IMG/VR virus record: IMGVR_UViG_3300025021_000095
Length of the DNA: 64,000 nucleotides
Reading direction: 5' to 3' (one strand)
Source: an uncultured virus (IMG/VR IMGVR_UViG_3300025021_000095)
Lineage: Duplodnaviria; Heunggongvirae; Uroviricota; Caudoviricetes
Translations under genes and position numbers: made by a program
The notes under the pieces: generated by a model
Seen by the model: only the letters and a program-made list of their open reading frames with translations
What the model was told of the DNA's origin: nothing
Databases searched by the model: none
Shown: piece after piece, positions 19,113-29,558 of the stretch
Layout: each line of letters starts with the position of its first letter
How positions within the stretch are numbered: position 1 is the stretch's first letter

Positions 19113-19949
19113 TCAGTTCTCCTTCTTCGGGGGATAGGCGCCGCGAAGCCGCGCCAGCATCGAGGCCCAGAAACCGGGCTTGCTCGGCTCGGCGGCCGGT
19201 GGCGAGACGGGCTTTGGCGACGCCGGAGCCGCCACGGCGCCGGGGTTCCGGTATGGGGGCGGCGCGAGCGGCTTCGCCTCGACCGGCGGCGTCGGCACGC
19301 TGGCGGCGACCCCGCCCGGCCGATGCCCCGCCGCCTTCAGCGCACCTTGGAAGTCGCGAAAGTAGCTCGCGATGGCCGCGGCCTTGTCCTGGCGGTTGAT
19401 GATCCACCGCGCGCCGGTCGGGTCGCTGAGGCCGGCCCGGAAGTAGTCTCCGAGCTTCTTGCCGGTGAACCAGCCCTCTTGCATCCCGAGGTACATCACG
19501 GCCGCCGCCACGTCGGGCGCCATCGCCATGTCGGGATTGATCTCGAGATCCTGGCCCCGGACGAGGTAGCCCCGGTTCAGAAGCTCCCCCGTGGCTCGGC
19601 GGTAGTTCGATCGGCCCGTGAGCTGGACGTAGCCTCGGCCGCAGAACAGCACGCCGTCGCCCGGCGTCAGGTTGCCGAGCTCGCGCGCCTTGGCCGGCCG
19701 TTCGCCGGTGATGTCGTACATGCGCTGGTAGTAGGCCGCGCCGCCGTACTCCTTGACCGGCAGCATCGTACGGGCGGTTTCGTGGAAGGCCGTCGCAAGG
19801 CAGTAGGCGAAGGCATCCGTGCCGAGATCGACCGGACAGGTGTCGAGCAGCGCCACCATCCCATTGACCTGGGACTGCGTGAGGCTTCCAGCGAAGGGCT
19901 TCGCGCGCACGGCAGCGAAGAACGCCTGCCTGTCGAGGGCAGCGGCCAT
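19113..19949 (-). CDS. Endolysin, GH19/chitinase-like lysozyme
   Basis: AYCLATAFHET, GRGYVQLTGRSNY, ARWIIN; Pro-rich linker and amphipathic C-terminal helix. Confidence 0.9.
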   Translation of the reverse strand: MAAALDRQAFFAAVRAKPFAGSLTQSQVNGMVALLDTCPVDLGTDAFAYCLATAFHETARTMLPVKEYGGAAYYQRMYDITGERPAKARELGNLTPGDGVLFCGRGYVQLTGRSNYRRATGELLNRGYLVRGQDLEINPDMAMAPDVAAAVMYLGMQEGWFTGKKLGDYFRAGLSDPTGARWIINRQDKAAAIASYFRDFQGALKAAGHRPGGVAASVPTPPVEAKPLAPPPYRNPGAVAAPASPKPVSPPAAEPSKPGFWASMLARLRGAYPPKKEN

Positions 19950-19984
19950 GGGATCACCTTGGGTCTGAGGAACTGAGGTCGGCG

Positions 19985-20335
19985 CTACCGATGCGCCACG
20001 ACGGTGAAGGCGACGGCCTGTGCGAGGCTCAGCGCGAGGATGGCGTAGAGGGTCAGCTTCACCGAGTTGGCGGCCACGACGCGGGCTTGGCCGATGACGA
20101 GGCCGGCCGGGAGATCGGCGCCCGTCGCGTAGACGTCGATCGGCTCACCGACCGCGAGCGCGTCGCCCGTGATGGCCGGGACGACGGTGAAGGTGATGCT
20201 CGTCGTTCCGAGCAGCGCGATCGCCGGGACGGTGGCGGTCGCCGTAAACCGCGCGCTGATGTTGAGGGTGTCGGCGGCCTGGAGTTGCTGCGGCAGGCCG
20301 TCGGAGCCGACGACGAGCGGCTTGCGGATGGCCAC
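19985..20335 (-). CDS. Virion-associated small beta protein
   Basis: N-terminus RKPLVVGSDGLPQQLQ shared with the next gene. Confidence 0.7.
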   Translation of the reverse strand: MAIRKPLVVGSDGLPQQLQAADTLNISARFTATATVPAIALLGTTSITFTVVPAITGDALAVGEPIDVYATGADLPAGLVIGQARVVAANSVKLTLYAILALSLAQAVAFTVVAHR

Positions 20336-20347
20336 GGCCCGTCACCG

Positions 20348-20833
20348 TCAGAGCAGGATCGGAAGCTCGATGTCGACCTCGAGTTCGGTCGACGAGAGCG
20401 CCGAGCCGACGCAGACGTTGACCTGCCCGGCCGTGGTCGGTGCGGTCGCCGTGAGCTTGCCGGGGTTGGCCGCGTCGAGGAAGTAGTAGGTCCCGAACGC
20501 AAGGCCGCCGGTCGTACCGGCCACCGTATCCCACTGCGCCGTCGTCCCGGTCAGGATGCCACCCTGCGCGACGCTGCCCGTGGCGCCCGCCGCGACGTTG
20601 GCGTCGTAGACGAGCCCGATGATCTTCGCGGTCGCCTTGGCGTTCGCCTGCCCGCGCTTCACGCCGGTGCCGGTCGAGGCGTAAACGGGCGTGCCGAACG
20701 GGATCGCGACGCTCTCGCCGTTGATGGCCGGCCGCAGCGAGGGTGCGTTCGTCGGCACCGAGATCGCGTCGCCGGATTGAAGCTGCTGGGGCAGGCCATC
20801 GTCGCCGAGCACCAGGGGTTTGCGCTGGACCAT
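20348..20833 (-). CDS. Virion-associated protein (capsid-cement/DUF2190-like)
   Basis: RKPLVLGDDGLPQQLQ...GLAFGTYYFL...GKLTATAP...VGSALSSTEL. Confidence 0.7.
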   Translation of the reverse strand: MVQRKPLVLGDDGLPQQLQSGDAISVPTNAPSLRPAINGESVAIPFGTPVYASTGTGVKRGQANAKATAKIIGLVYDANVAAGATGSVAQGGILTGTTAQWDTVAGTTGGLAFGTYYFLDAANPGKLTATAPTTAGQVNVCVGSALSSTELEVDIELPILL

Positions 20834-20844
20834 CGTCGTCTCCT

Positions 20845-21471
20845 TCAGAGCAGGACAGGATCGGTGGGATCGACCACGAGTGTGGTCGGCGAAGCGGCGA
20901 GCCCGATGCACGTCAGGGCGGCGGCGGTGCGGTCGGGATCGGCCGTAAGGCCGCCGGCAGGGCCGAGGAAGTACGGCAGGCCGGGCGCGAGCGTCGGCGC
21001 GCCGAGGACCACGGACCAATCGTCCAGCGTGACGGCGCCACGGGCCGGACGCAGCGTGAAGCCCTCTGCGGTGTCGGCTTCGGCAAGACCCACGACGAGA
21101 GCGAGCGGGTAGATGTCGGCGCGGGCCGGGAGTAGCCGGCCGGTCGCGCGGGACACCACCACCGGCTGTCCCCGCAGGATGTCGGCCTCGCACACCGTCG
21201 CGATTCCGAAGATCTCGCCGATGGCCGGCTTTCGTGCGAACACGCCGTTCAGGTAGGCGAGCGCCGCGTCCGTACTGGTGAACCGGTCGCCCGCCGCGTC
21301 TGTCAGGTCGTCGAAGGCGAAGGGCCCGAACTCGTTGGTCGTGCGCACCTTCAGCCGGACCGAGATGCCGGCGTCCGTCACCACCGCCATGAGGGTGCGC
21401 GGCGCGTAGGTCTGGAGCGCGCCCTCGATCACGATGCGGTCGTCGGCGTCGCTGTACCAGATCGCTGTCAC
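20845..21471 (-). CDS. Virion-associated protein; C-terminal half paralogous to 20348..20833
   Basis: LAPGLPYFLGPAGGLT...IGLAASPTTLVVDPTDPVLL. Confidence 0.7.
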   Translation of the reverse strand: MTAIWYSDADDRIVIEGALQTYAPRTLMAVVTDAGISVRLKVRTTNEFGPFAFDDLTDAAGDRFTSTDAALAYLNGVFARKPAIGEIFGIATVCEADILRGQPVVVSRATGRLLPARADIYPLALVVGLAEADTAEGFTLRPARGAVTLDDWSVVLGAPTLAPGLPYFLGPAGGLTADPDRTAAALTCIGLAASPTTLVVDPTDPVLL

Positions 21472-22010
21472 GGCCCCGGCCCCATGCTGAGCGGCAGGTA
21501 GACCACCGCCTCGGACTGGATCACGAAAGGCACCGTCCCGGTCAGGTAGATCGCGCAGCCGTTCGCGAGGAACCCGTTGAGGGTCTGGATGCCCATGCGG
21601 AAGCTTACCCGCTCGGCCACGCCCGAGCCTCGCAGCGTGTAGTCGGCGGTCTGCACCGGGGTGCCGGTTCCGACGTCGAGGTCGGCGACGATGCTCCCAC
21701 CCCCGTAGGCCGGGATCACGAGCAGGTTGACGATGATGTCCTGCCAGTCGCCGTAGCCGCCGGGGCGGGCGACGAGGCGGTTTCCGATCCACGCGACCGC
21801 CGTGAAGGGTGGCCGCAGGAAGTTCTGCGTCTGCGCCGGGTCGGGGACGAAGCGGAGTTGCTGCCGCACGCCGGCGGCGAAGGCATCCTCCGGGTCGACG
21901 CGCATGTCGGCGATCCGCAACTGGCCGAACCCCCTGGCCGTCGCGTCCTTGCCGGGCGCGCCGGGAGGGCCCTGCGGCGGCAGTGTGAGCGGAGTCAGGA
22001 CGGTGCGCAT
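21468..22010 (-). CDS. Tail-associated protein with short collagen-like N-terminus
   Basis: QGPPGAPGKD then a beta-rich domain. Confidence 0.7.
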   Translation of the reverse strand: MRTVLTPLTLPPQGPPGAPGKDATARGFGQLRIADMRVDPEDAFAAGVRQQLRFVPDPAQTQNFLRPPFTAVAWIGNRLVARPGGYGDWQDIIVNLLVIPAYGGGSIVADLDVGTGTPVQTADYTLRGSGVAERVSFRMGIQTLNGFLANGCAIYLTGTVPFVIQSEAVVYLPLSMGPGP

Positions 22011-22036
22011 GGAGCGAGCCGGTCAGGCGAACGGGC

Positions 22037-22402
22037 CTAAACGCCCTGGACGGCGCCGAGATGGGAAAGCTCGTCCTGGAGGGCCGAGACCAGCGCGAGG
22101 GCGGCGAGGCGGCCCGTCTCGGCAGCTTCGGCCGCCTTCAGGGCCTCACCGATCTGCCCTTCCAGTGCGGCTTTCTCGGCGGTCAGGCGGTCGATCTCGG
22201 CGACGAGCCGCGCGTTCTCCTCGCCGATGGCGGCGGCTACCGCCGGCAGGTCGGACGGTTCGGCCGGGAGCACGCGGGCGAACTCCTCAACGCCGTCCTC
22301 GCCGATCTGCCGCTTGATCCGGCGGATGTGGGCAGCGGCGTTCCCGTCCTCGTCGAAGCGGACGAGGGCTTCGTAGAGGTGGATCTTCACGGTCTCGGCC
22401 AT
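22037..22402 (-). CDS. Coiled-coil hypothetical protein (possible fibre chaperone)
   Basis: Follows the tailspike; C-terminal coiled coil. Confidence 0.65.
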   Translation of the reverse strand: MAETVKIHLYEALVRFDEDGNAAAHIRRIKRQIGEDGVEEFARVLPAEPSDLPAVAAAIGEENARLVAEIDRLTAEKAALEGQIGEALKAAEAAETGRLAALALVSALQDELSHLGAVQGV

Positions 22403-22410
22403 GGCGGTCC

Positions 22411-25400
22411 CTAGATTGCCGCGTCGGTGGCGGAGAGCCGCCAGACATTCGAGTTGTCGACGTAGGCGGCCTTATTGTTCGCGGGCGCCGCGTCGGAGCA
22501 CCACCCTCGGCCGCCGGGGCCGATGAGCGACCCGGCCGGCTTCGTGGCGATGGTGAAATTGAAGTCCTTGAACGGGGTCAGCCCCGAGACGGGGCCGCCC
22601 TGATAGCCGCCGAGGCGCAGGCCGGCGTTGGCGAGTGAACCGCTCTGCGCCTGGATCGAGGGGCCGGAAGTCCCCGTCGCACCGGTGATCGCGACGAAGG
22701 CGACGGCCCCGGTCGTGTTGTTGACGATGGCTTGCCGCGTCCCGCCGGTCCGAAGGTCGATCGCGCCGCCAGCCGTGTCGATCTGGAGGCCCGTGTTCGT
22801 CTCACCGACCTGCTTGATGAGCGCCCGCACGCCTGTGAGGCCCGCCGTCATCTCAATCGCGTTCACGGCGGCGCCGAGCGCCTTCAGCGTAACGCCGCCG
22901 AACTTGGAACCCGTGCCGTTGATCGTGTTGACCTCGAGGCCCGTCGCGGTCGGGATGCGGAACTCGATCCGGTCCTCGTAGATGCGCTGCTCGATGAGCT
23001 GCGCGACCCAGCCGATCATCGGCAGCGACTTCGCCGGCGAGGCGACCGAGGTGTAGCCAGTGCCCGGCCGGGTCGTGTTGCCGTCGACGTTGCCGGAGCG
23101 GTCGGTCCACCCGGTCGGCGAGCCGCAGATCGGCACGTCGTCGTAGGTGTCCGAGGTGCGGCCGCGGGCGCTGCCTCGGTCGAAGTTCACCTGGGCACTG
23201 CGGAGATCCGGGTTTGCCCGGTGCAGGATCCAGATCTGGTTCTTGAGGCGGGTCTTGTTGAAGCTGATGTTGAAGCCGCTCTTGATGAGCAGGCCGTTGA
23301 TGTTGCCGGCGTGCCAGAAGTGGTCGTTCACGCGCGCGGAGGTGGTCTCCATCGCCTCGATGATCACGTCCCAGCCGGCGATCGTGACGGAGGCACCGGC
23401 CGGCAGCGTCGGGAAGCCGGCGAAGGGCGTGGTGAGGGTGATCGTGGTGTCGTCGGCCGACGAGATCGTGACACCCTTGTCGAAGGCGCCGGCGGTGTTC
23501 GCGATCTGCGCGCCGGGCGCCCCAGCGTTAAGGAGCGGCAGCACCCACGCCTGACCGGATGCCGCGCCGCTGTAGGGCATTTCGACCAAGACCACCGTCG
23601 GGCTCTCGACGTAGCGGACCGGGTACGAGCCCCAATAGGTCCCGTACATGACGCCGGTGTCGAGCCAGACGTCGTCGTTCCAGACGAGGCCGTGCGGCGA
23701 GGCGTGGACGAGAGCGATGTAGTTCGTCGCCGGGCAGGACAGACCGCCGCTCGTCGTGGTGGTGATCGACCGGCCATTGGCGGCGGCGCCATCCGCGAGG
23801 GGCGCGTCGATCGAGACGGACGATCCGACCGCCTTGGCGGTGTAGCCGTGCGTTCCGGTGCCCGCGTTGATGTTCGCCGCGATCAGGACGGCGGTCGCGC
23901 CGCGATCGGTCGTGAAGGGGATCGAGGCCGTGAGAAGCTGCACGCTGCCGGCGACGGTGACGGCGTCGACTTGGCCGACGATCTCGGGACCGACGCTGAT
24001 CCGTGCGCGGGCGCGCGAGCCGATATAGGTGCCCGCGCCGAGGAAGATGGAGCCGCGGTTCTCGACCGTGCAGGCGATCTTGGTGGCGAGCGCCAGCTTC
24101 ACGAAGCCGTTGCCGTCGTCCGAAACGCCGAGGATCGGCAGGCTGCGCTTGGCGGCGTTGGTGAGCGTGCCCTGAAGGAAGTAGCTCTCGACGCAGGGGC
24201 CGCGCGTGTCTCCGCGCAGGCGCAGGTTGCACTTGGCGCCGATGCTGCGGAAGTTGGCGAACTTGGCCTCGCCGAGGGCGTAGAAATCGTAGGCGACCTC
24301 GTAGCAGCTCAAGGCCTCGATATTGGTCGCCTGGATGCCTAGCGTCGCGTTGATCCGGATCGCGTAGTTGCACTTCTCGAAGATGATGTTGACGAGGTTG
24401 TCGGCCGCGCCTGTGCCATCGAACTGCATGGCGACGTCGAGGTCGCGGAAATGCAGGCTATCGGCGAGGGAAAAGCGCCGGCCGTCTCCCTGGTAGACGA
24501 GACCCATCCTGCCGATAACGACGGCGCCGGTGCTGGAGAACAGCGAGAAGCCGGACCAGCGGGTGCGGAAGTCCTTCGCGATGAAGGTGACGCCGTCGAG
24601 CCGACTCGTGAAGGTGCCATCGCCGAGCGCGCCCATGCCGGTGCCGGTCGTCGGGACCGTGGTCGGCGTCGTGAGACGGTAGCTGCCTGCGGGGAGGCGC
24701 AGCGGCTTGCCCGTGATGGTCGGGAACTGGTTGCCGAGGACAGTCGCGCCCGCCGTCTGCCACGCGAGCAGGTCGGCGCCGAGGGGTGTGTCCTGCGCGG
24801 TGCCGTCGCCGGGCGCGGTACCAATGCCGAGACGCGCCTTTGGCGTCGCACCGACGATCCGGCTATCATCGCCCGCCGCAAGCGTGCCGGCGGCCATGCC
24901 AGTGTTCTTCGTGGCCGCGTCGCCGAGAGAGGAGGTATCGGGCTTCTTCGCATCCAGCTTCGCGAGGGTATTCGCGCTGGTGCCGGCGCCTCCCACTACG
25001 TCGCTGACCGCACCCGAGCGGGCCGCAGCGGCCTTGTTCGCAGCATCTGTCGCAGCCGCCGATATCGCATCCGACTTGGCCGCGTTCGCCTTCGACGTGG
25101 CATCGGTCGCCGCTGCGGCGGCCACGGCCTGATCCGCCTGCGCCGCCGCCTGTGCCACAGCCGCATCGCCGCCGGTGAGCGCGTCGGACAGTCCCTTGAG
25201 CGTCTGCCGGCCTGTGGGGGCCCCGCCAATGAGGTCCGCCACCTGCTCGTCCGTGTAGGAGCGGTCGACCGGACCCTGAGGCCCGACCACCATCGGCTCG
25301 GTCGCGATCCGGCCTTCGTAGGGCTGAGCAGGAATGAGCACTGGCGCCTGGGCCGGCAGGGCGATGCCCGCGGAGCCGGAACCGGGGTGCACACGGAACT

Positions 25401-25749
25401 GGACGCGACCGAGCCAGTCCGCCGGCGCCGGGTCGTTCGGATCGGGGTGCCAGAGGATGTCGGCGGCCACCGCCGTGACCGCCTTCACGCGAAAGGTCCG
25501 CGCGGCAACCGGCAGGTCGAGCGTGAAGTAGGCCGGCGCCGACCCGCTCGCCGGCACGAACACCAGCGAGCCGTCGTTCGAGTCCGCCGTCGCTACCGGC
25601 GCCCCGCCCTGCACGGCCGTGACCGCCGCCACGAGCCGCCCTCCGGAATAGTCGGCCGGGGTCGCGCTCGGGGCCAGCGGGACCGCGAGGCGCCAGTCGG
25701 CCGTGTCGAGCACGGCGGTCAGGGTCGCCATGTCAGGCGGTCCGGCCAC
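22411..25749 (-). CDS. Tailspike / tail fibre with probable beta-helix depolymerase domain
   Basis: N-terminal adaptor, Ala-rich repeats (AATDATSKANAA), LRLPAGSYRL pectate-lyase-like start. Confidence 0.8.
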   Translation of the reverse strand: MAGPPDMATLTAVLDTADWRLAVPLAPSATPADYSGGRLVAAVTAVQGGAPVATADSNDGSLVFVPASGSAPAYFTLDLPVAARTFRVKAVTAVAADILWHPDPNDPAPADWLGRVQFRVHPGSGSAGIALPAQAPVLIPAQPYEGRIATEPMVVGPQGPVDRSYTDEQVADLIGGAPTGRQTLKGLSDALTGGDAAVAQAAAQADQAVAAAAATDATSKANAAKSDAISAAATDAANKAAAARSGAVSDVVGGAGTSANTLAKLDAKKPDTSSLGDAATKNTGMAAGTLAAGDDSRIVGATPKARLGIGTAPGDGTAQDTPLGADLLAWQTAGATVLGNQFPTITGKPLRLPAGSYRLTTPTTVPTTGTGMGALGDGTFTSRLDGVTFIAKDFRTRWSGFSLFSSTGAVVIGRMGLVYQGDGRRFSLADSLHFRDLDVAMQFDGTGAADNLVNIIFEKCNYAIRINATLGIQATNIEALSCYEVAYDFYALGEAKFANFRSIGAKCNLRLRGDTRGPCVESYFLQGTLTNAAKRSLPILGVSDDGNGFVKLALATKIACTVENRGSIFLGAGTYIGSRARARISVGPEIVGQVDAVTVAGSVQLLTASIPFTTDRGATAVLIAANINAGTGTHGYTAKAVGSSVSIDAPLADGAAANGRSITTTTSGGLSCPATNYIALVHASPHGLVWNDDVWLDTGVMYGTYWGSYPVRYVESPTVVLVEMPYSGAASGQAWVLPLLNAGAPGAQIANTAGAFDKGVTISSADDTTITLTTPFAGFPTLPAGASVTIAGWDVIIEAMETTSARVNDHFWHAGNINGLLIKSGFNISFNKTRLKNQIWILHRANPDLRSAQVNFDRGSARGRTSDTYDDVPICGSPTGWTDRSGNVDGNTTRPGTGYTSVASPAKSLPMIGWVAQLIEQRIYEDRIEFRIPTATGLEVNTINGTGSKFGGVTLKALGAAVNAIEMTAGLTGVRALIKQVGETNTGLQIDTAGGAIDLRTGGTRQAIVNNTTGAVAFVAITGATGTSGPSIQAQSGSLANAGLRLGGYQGGPVSGLTPFKDFNFTIATKPAGSLIGPGGRGWCSDAAPANNKAAYVDNSNVWRLSATDAAI

Positions 25750-25800
25750 GGTTGGAGGGCCCGTTCGGGCGGGTGTGGGGCATGGGGTCCTCGGATGGGC

Positions 25801-28446
25801 TCAGGCGGCGGCTTCGAGGGCTGCGACGCGCCGCTCGAGCCGCAACGCTCGACGGCGCGCGCAGGCGAGCATCAGCATGGCGAGATCGCCGTAGCGGACG
25901 CCAAGGCGGATGACGGGCTCGCCATCCGTGTCGAGCACGGGCCGCGCGACTTGCCGGGGGCGGTTCACGCGAACCATCACCGGCACCTCGACCATGACCG
26001 GTTCGCCGCTGCCGGCGGACAATCCGAGCGCGCCGCCATCGCGGACAGGCGCGCCGGCCTCGTCGAGGAGCGGCACCTTGCGACGCTTCAGCCGCCTCTC
26101 GGTGCGCGATACCTCCCGCAGCACCGCATGGTCGCCCACGAGAACGTGCGTCTGGTCGGCGACCTCGACCTCCTCGTAATCCTGCTCCTCGATCCAGTGG
26201 TCTTCCTCCACCGTCTCGACCTCGGGATCGGCGCACCAGAACGAGTACGCGGCGGGGTCGAGGCCACGCGCCCGCATCGCCGACCCAAGTTGTTGCGCGA
26301 CGACGCCGGCGTGGATGCGAGCACCGTCCTCGCCCTTCGCAGCGATCGAGTCGAGGTAGCGGTAGAGGACGATTTCGACGTCCTCGATGGCGTCGAGAAG
26401 CGCATCGTCCGGCGGGCCGGAGATGTCTTTCAGCCGAGCGTCGGAGGTGCTGATCGTCTGGGTGCCGGCGTACACGACCGACCACTTCTGGCTCGGGGCG
26501 CCGAGCGCGTAGGTGTTGTCGGCCAGTGGCGCGATTTGCTGCGTCTGGGTAAGGCTCGCGATGAGGCTCAACGCGCCCCCGCCGACAGTCCCGTTGCCCC
26601 CGCTCGCCACGATGCGGCAGTCGTAGTCGATGACCTGACCGGAGGTGTGGAAGTCGAAGTACGGCGTTCCGCTTTGCGCCTGCGACCCGATCTCCACGCC
26701 GAAATTTGGCGCTGAGAGCGACCAGTTGACCGGCGAGAGGTCGGTGTTCGGCGCTCGGAGGATTGAGCCGCACGCGAGGTTCTGGAAGTCGAAGATCGTC
26801 GCGACCGACATCGCTGCGCCGTTGAAGGCGCGGGTCCGCATGATGGTGCCAGTCGGGTCACACGGATTGGCGCCGTTCAGGTTGGTGACGAGGAACTGAT
26901 CCCGGAATGGTGTCGCGATCCCGGAAGAGTTGGTGATCGAACTGCTGATGAAGGCCGCATCGACCACATCGGCCATCTTGTCCGAGCGCTTGACGACGCT
27001 GTAGCCGTACAGGATGCGAGCCGAGGCGTTGCCCCAGATGCCGACGTTGGCCTCGCTGACCGCGACCTGCAGGACGTCGGTCGCGCTGTCCATCAGGTAG
27101 GCTTCGGGGTTCTGCGCGAAGAACGTCCCCTCGCCCCCTGTGAACGGACTGACGTTGCCTCCTGGGAAGGCGGTGCCGCCGTCAGCGGCGTGAACCGAGA
27201 CGGTGTTCCTCATCCCGACGACGATACGCGCGGGGTTCCATGCCGCCGACGCCTGCGTGACGACCGTGTTCGTGCGGATCGTCTCCCGCACGCCCGTGCC
27301 GCCGCCGTAGCGATGCTGGATCAGCAGCGGCGAGACGGTGTGCCCGAAGTTTTCCGGCTGACCGTATGGATCGGCACTCGTGCCAGTCGATGAGCCGTTG
27401 TCGAGCGTGTCGTCGACCGAGATGACGTTCGGCGCGTAGATCTTGCCGTTCGGGCCGCCCCAGGCCGCATCCTCGAAGGCGCCGCAGAGCAGCTCGTTGG
27501 CATAAGCCCGCGCCCGGCCCTGTACCAGTTGGCGGCTATCGAGCCCGCTGAAAATGCCGACCGCCGGGCGTACCTTGAGCGCGGCTCGCCCACCGTCGGC
27601 GGTCGGCCGGTTCGGGATACCTGCACGCGTCGCGAACTGACCGTCCGTACCTGGGAAGAGGCTGGGGTTGAGATTGCCGGTGTCCCACGGAACGGCCCCG
27701 GCGAACGTCGGCCGCTGGCTGAAGTGGACAACGTCGTCGATGCCCCCGCGAAACGGGGCGCTGCCGCGCTCGTAGCTGTACCAGTACCAGTCCCTCGTCC
27801 CGTCGAGATTGAGATCCTGCCCGAACTGGTAGTTGCCGATGTTGATGGATGACCGCTTCGAGCCCGACGAGTGACTTGAAGTGCTTGCCGCGAACGCGAC
27901 CGGCGCCAGCAGGCTCGGGTCACCAGCCGACAGGCCGCCGGTCATCACGTCGCCCGTTTTGCTGACGAGCTGCGAGACGTTGGCGGCCGGCCCCTGCGGT
28001 CCTTGGGCGCCCTGTGCACCGGCATCACCCTTGGGGCCGCGGAGCGGGCCGATGTAGAGCCAGGGCGGCGTGCCGGGGACATAGGTGTAGGCGTCATCGA
28101 CGCTATAGGCCTGTCCCTGCGGATCGGTGCCCGCATTGTCCATGATGTAGGTATCGCCGGCGGACTGCCCGCTCGTCGGAAGCGCGCCGTAGTTGGCGAC
28201 GCGGCCCTTGATCGTCGTGCCCGCGCCGGGGTCGCCCTTGGGGCCCTGAACGCCCTGACCGCCCTGCGGTCCCGTCTGACCGGCGGGACCAGGGCTGCCC
28301 TGGTTGCCCGGCGGTCCGACCTGCCCCGTCGCTCCGGTCGGGCCGATGCCGCCCTGATCTCCTTTGGGCCCTACCAGTCCCCTCGGTCCGGCAGGACCGG
28401 CGACGAAGACGGCTGGGGCGCCCGAGAGGCTCGCCTTGAACGCCAT
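25801..28446 (-). CDS. Tail fibre with collagen repeats and C-terminal peptidase S74 chaperone
   Basis: G-X-Y repeats, VSKTGDVMTGGL, TSDARLK...RIHAGVVAQ...GVRYGDL. Confidence 0.88.
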   Translation of the reverse strand: MAFKASLSGAPAVFVAGPAGPRGLVGPKGDQGGIGPTGATGQVGPPGNQGSPGPAGQTGPQGGQGVQGPKGDPGAGTTIKGRVANYGALPTSGQSAGDTYIMDNAGTDPQGQAYSVDDAYTYVPGTPPWLYIGPLRGPKGDAGAQGAQGPQGPAANVSQLVSKTGDVMTGGLSAGDPSLLAPVAFAASTSSHSSGSKRSSINIGNYQFGQDLNLDGTRDWYWYSYERGSAPFRGGIDDVVHFSQRPTFAGAVPWDTGNLNPSLFPGTDGQFATRAGIPNRPTADGGRAALKVRPAVGIFSGLDSRQLVQGRARAYANELLCGAFEDAAWGGPNGKIYAPNVISVDDTLDNGSSTGTSADPYGQPENFGHTVSPLLIQHRYGGGTGVRETIRTNTVVTQASAAWNPARIVVGMRNTVSVHAADGGTAFPGGNVSPFTGGEGTFFAQNPEAYLMDSATDVLQVAVSEANVGIWGNASARILYGYSVVKRSDKMADVVDAAFISSSITNSSGIATPFRDQFLVTNLNGANPCDPTGTIMRTRAFNGAAMSVATIFDFQNLACGSILRAPNTDLSPVNWSLSAPNFGVEIGSQAQSGTPYFDFHTSGQVIDYDCRIVASGGNGTVGGGALSLIASLTQTQQIAPLADNTYALGAPSQKWSVVYAGTQTISTSDARLKDISGPPDDALLDAIEDVEIVLYRYLDSIAAKGEDGARIHAGVVAQQLGSAMRARGLDPAAYSFWCADPEVETVEEDHWIEEQDYEEVEVADQTHVLVGDHAVLREVSRTERRLKRRKVPLLDEAGAPVRDGGALGLSAGSGEPVMVEVPVMVRVNRPRQVARPVLDTDGEPVIRLGVRYGDLAMLMLACARRRALRLERRVAALEAAA

Positions 28447-28447
28447 C

Positions 28448-29107
28448 TCAGGTCACCACCGTGGTGATGCCCCGGCGATGCTCGACCGTGCCGAAGTACG
28501 GCACGAAGGTCGCGCCGTCCGCGCTGGCCACGAGATCGTAGGCGTAGGAGCCGGAAGCCAAATCTTCCATCGCGTCCCTCATGACGGCCATGGCAGCGGC
28601 ACCGGTCGCGCCGCCGTTGACGATGGTGTCGATGCCGGGTGCGGAGGATGCGAACAGCGAAACGGTCGCGGCGGCCGCGCTCCGGCGCAGCATCAGGTCG
28701 AAGCGGATGCCGGTGACATCGAGCGGGACGGGCATGACCGCGATGGCGAAGGTGTCGCCGACGACGAAGGCCGTCGCGCCCTGCGCGAGCGAGAGCGTCA
28801 GCCCGCCCGCCGCGATAGTCGCCCCCGTGACCCCGATGGCCGACGGAACCTCGTTCGGCGTGCGCACGACGTAGCGGGCCGGCGCGCCGGCTGGCGTCTC
28901 GACGATCTCGATCGTGTGCGTGCCGAGCGCGGCCTGAGCCGCCACCTCGCTCACGACGAGCGTCCCGTTGCCGGTGTTGCCGCTGGCCGGGTAGCCCGCC
29001 GCCTGCCCGGCGACGAGGAATACGAACGTGTCACGCCAGTCGGCGTTCGTGAACGTGACGATGTCCGCCGGTTCCGCATTGCACGGCAGCGCCAGGATGT
29101 TGGTCAC
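28448..29107 (-). CDS. Tail fibre adaptor / baseplate-associated protein
   Basis: TFTNADWRDTF...FVVGDTF...GSYAYDLV. Confidence 0.7.
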   Translation of the reverse strand: MTNILALPCNAEPADIVTFTNADWRDTFVFLVAGQAAGYPASGNTGNGTLVVSEVAAQAALGTHTIEIVETPAGAPARYVVRTPNEVPSAIGVTGATIAAGGLTLSLAQGATAFVVGDTFAIAVMPVPLDVTGIRFDLMLRRSAAAATVSLFASSAPGIDTIVNGGATGAAAMAVMRDAMEDLASGSYAYDLVASADGATFVPYFGTVEHRRGITTVVT

Positions 29108-29116
29108 GGCGCGGCC

Positions 29117-29545
29117 TCAGGCCTGGATCTGCGCAGCCAGCCGGAACAGGTCGTCGATCTGCGCCGCCGACAGCCCGAGTGCCGCGCCGAGCGTCTCGAC
29201 GTGCGGGTTCGCGCGCTGCCACATGTTGGCCTCGGCGAACCAGATCGCGACCTCGCCGCCCTCCTCCTCCACGAGCACCTTCACCTGATCGAGGTAGCCG
29301 GCGCGGTGGAGTGCGATCTTGGCCTGAGCGCGGGTCACGTCGACGACCGGTGCGGGGCCGGCCTCGGGCTCCGGCGGCGGAATCAGCTTGCCCTTGTCAT
29401 CGAGGACGTAGCCGACCTCGGCGCCGCCCTTCGGCACGAGCGTCGCCCGGAACTCGGGGGTGTAGAGGGCCTCGGGCGCGACACCGGACGGCATCTCGAC
29501 GACCTCGACGGCGGTGCCGTCCTGGATGCGCAGCATGGCAGACAT
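29117..29545 (-). CDS. Tail fibre assembly-like protein
   Basis: VTRAQAKIAL...LGLSAAQIDDLFRLAAQI; follows the fibre gene. Confidence 0.75.
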   Translation of the reverse strand: MSAMLRIQDGTAVEVVEMPSGVAPEALYTPEFRATLVPKGGAEVGYVLDDKGKLIPPPEPEAGPAPVVDVTRAQAKIALHRAGYLDQVKVLVEEEGGEVAIWFAEANMWQRANPHVETLGAALGLSAAQIDDLFRLAAQIQA

Positions 29546-29558
29546 CGGCGGCTTCCCC

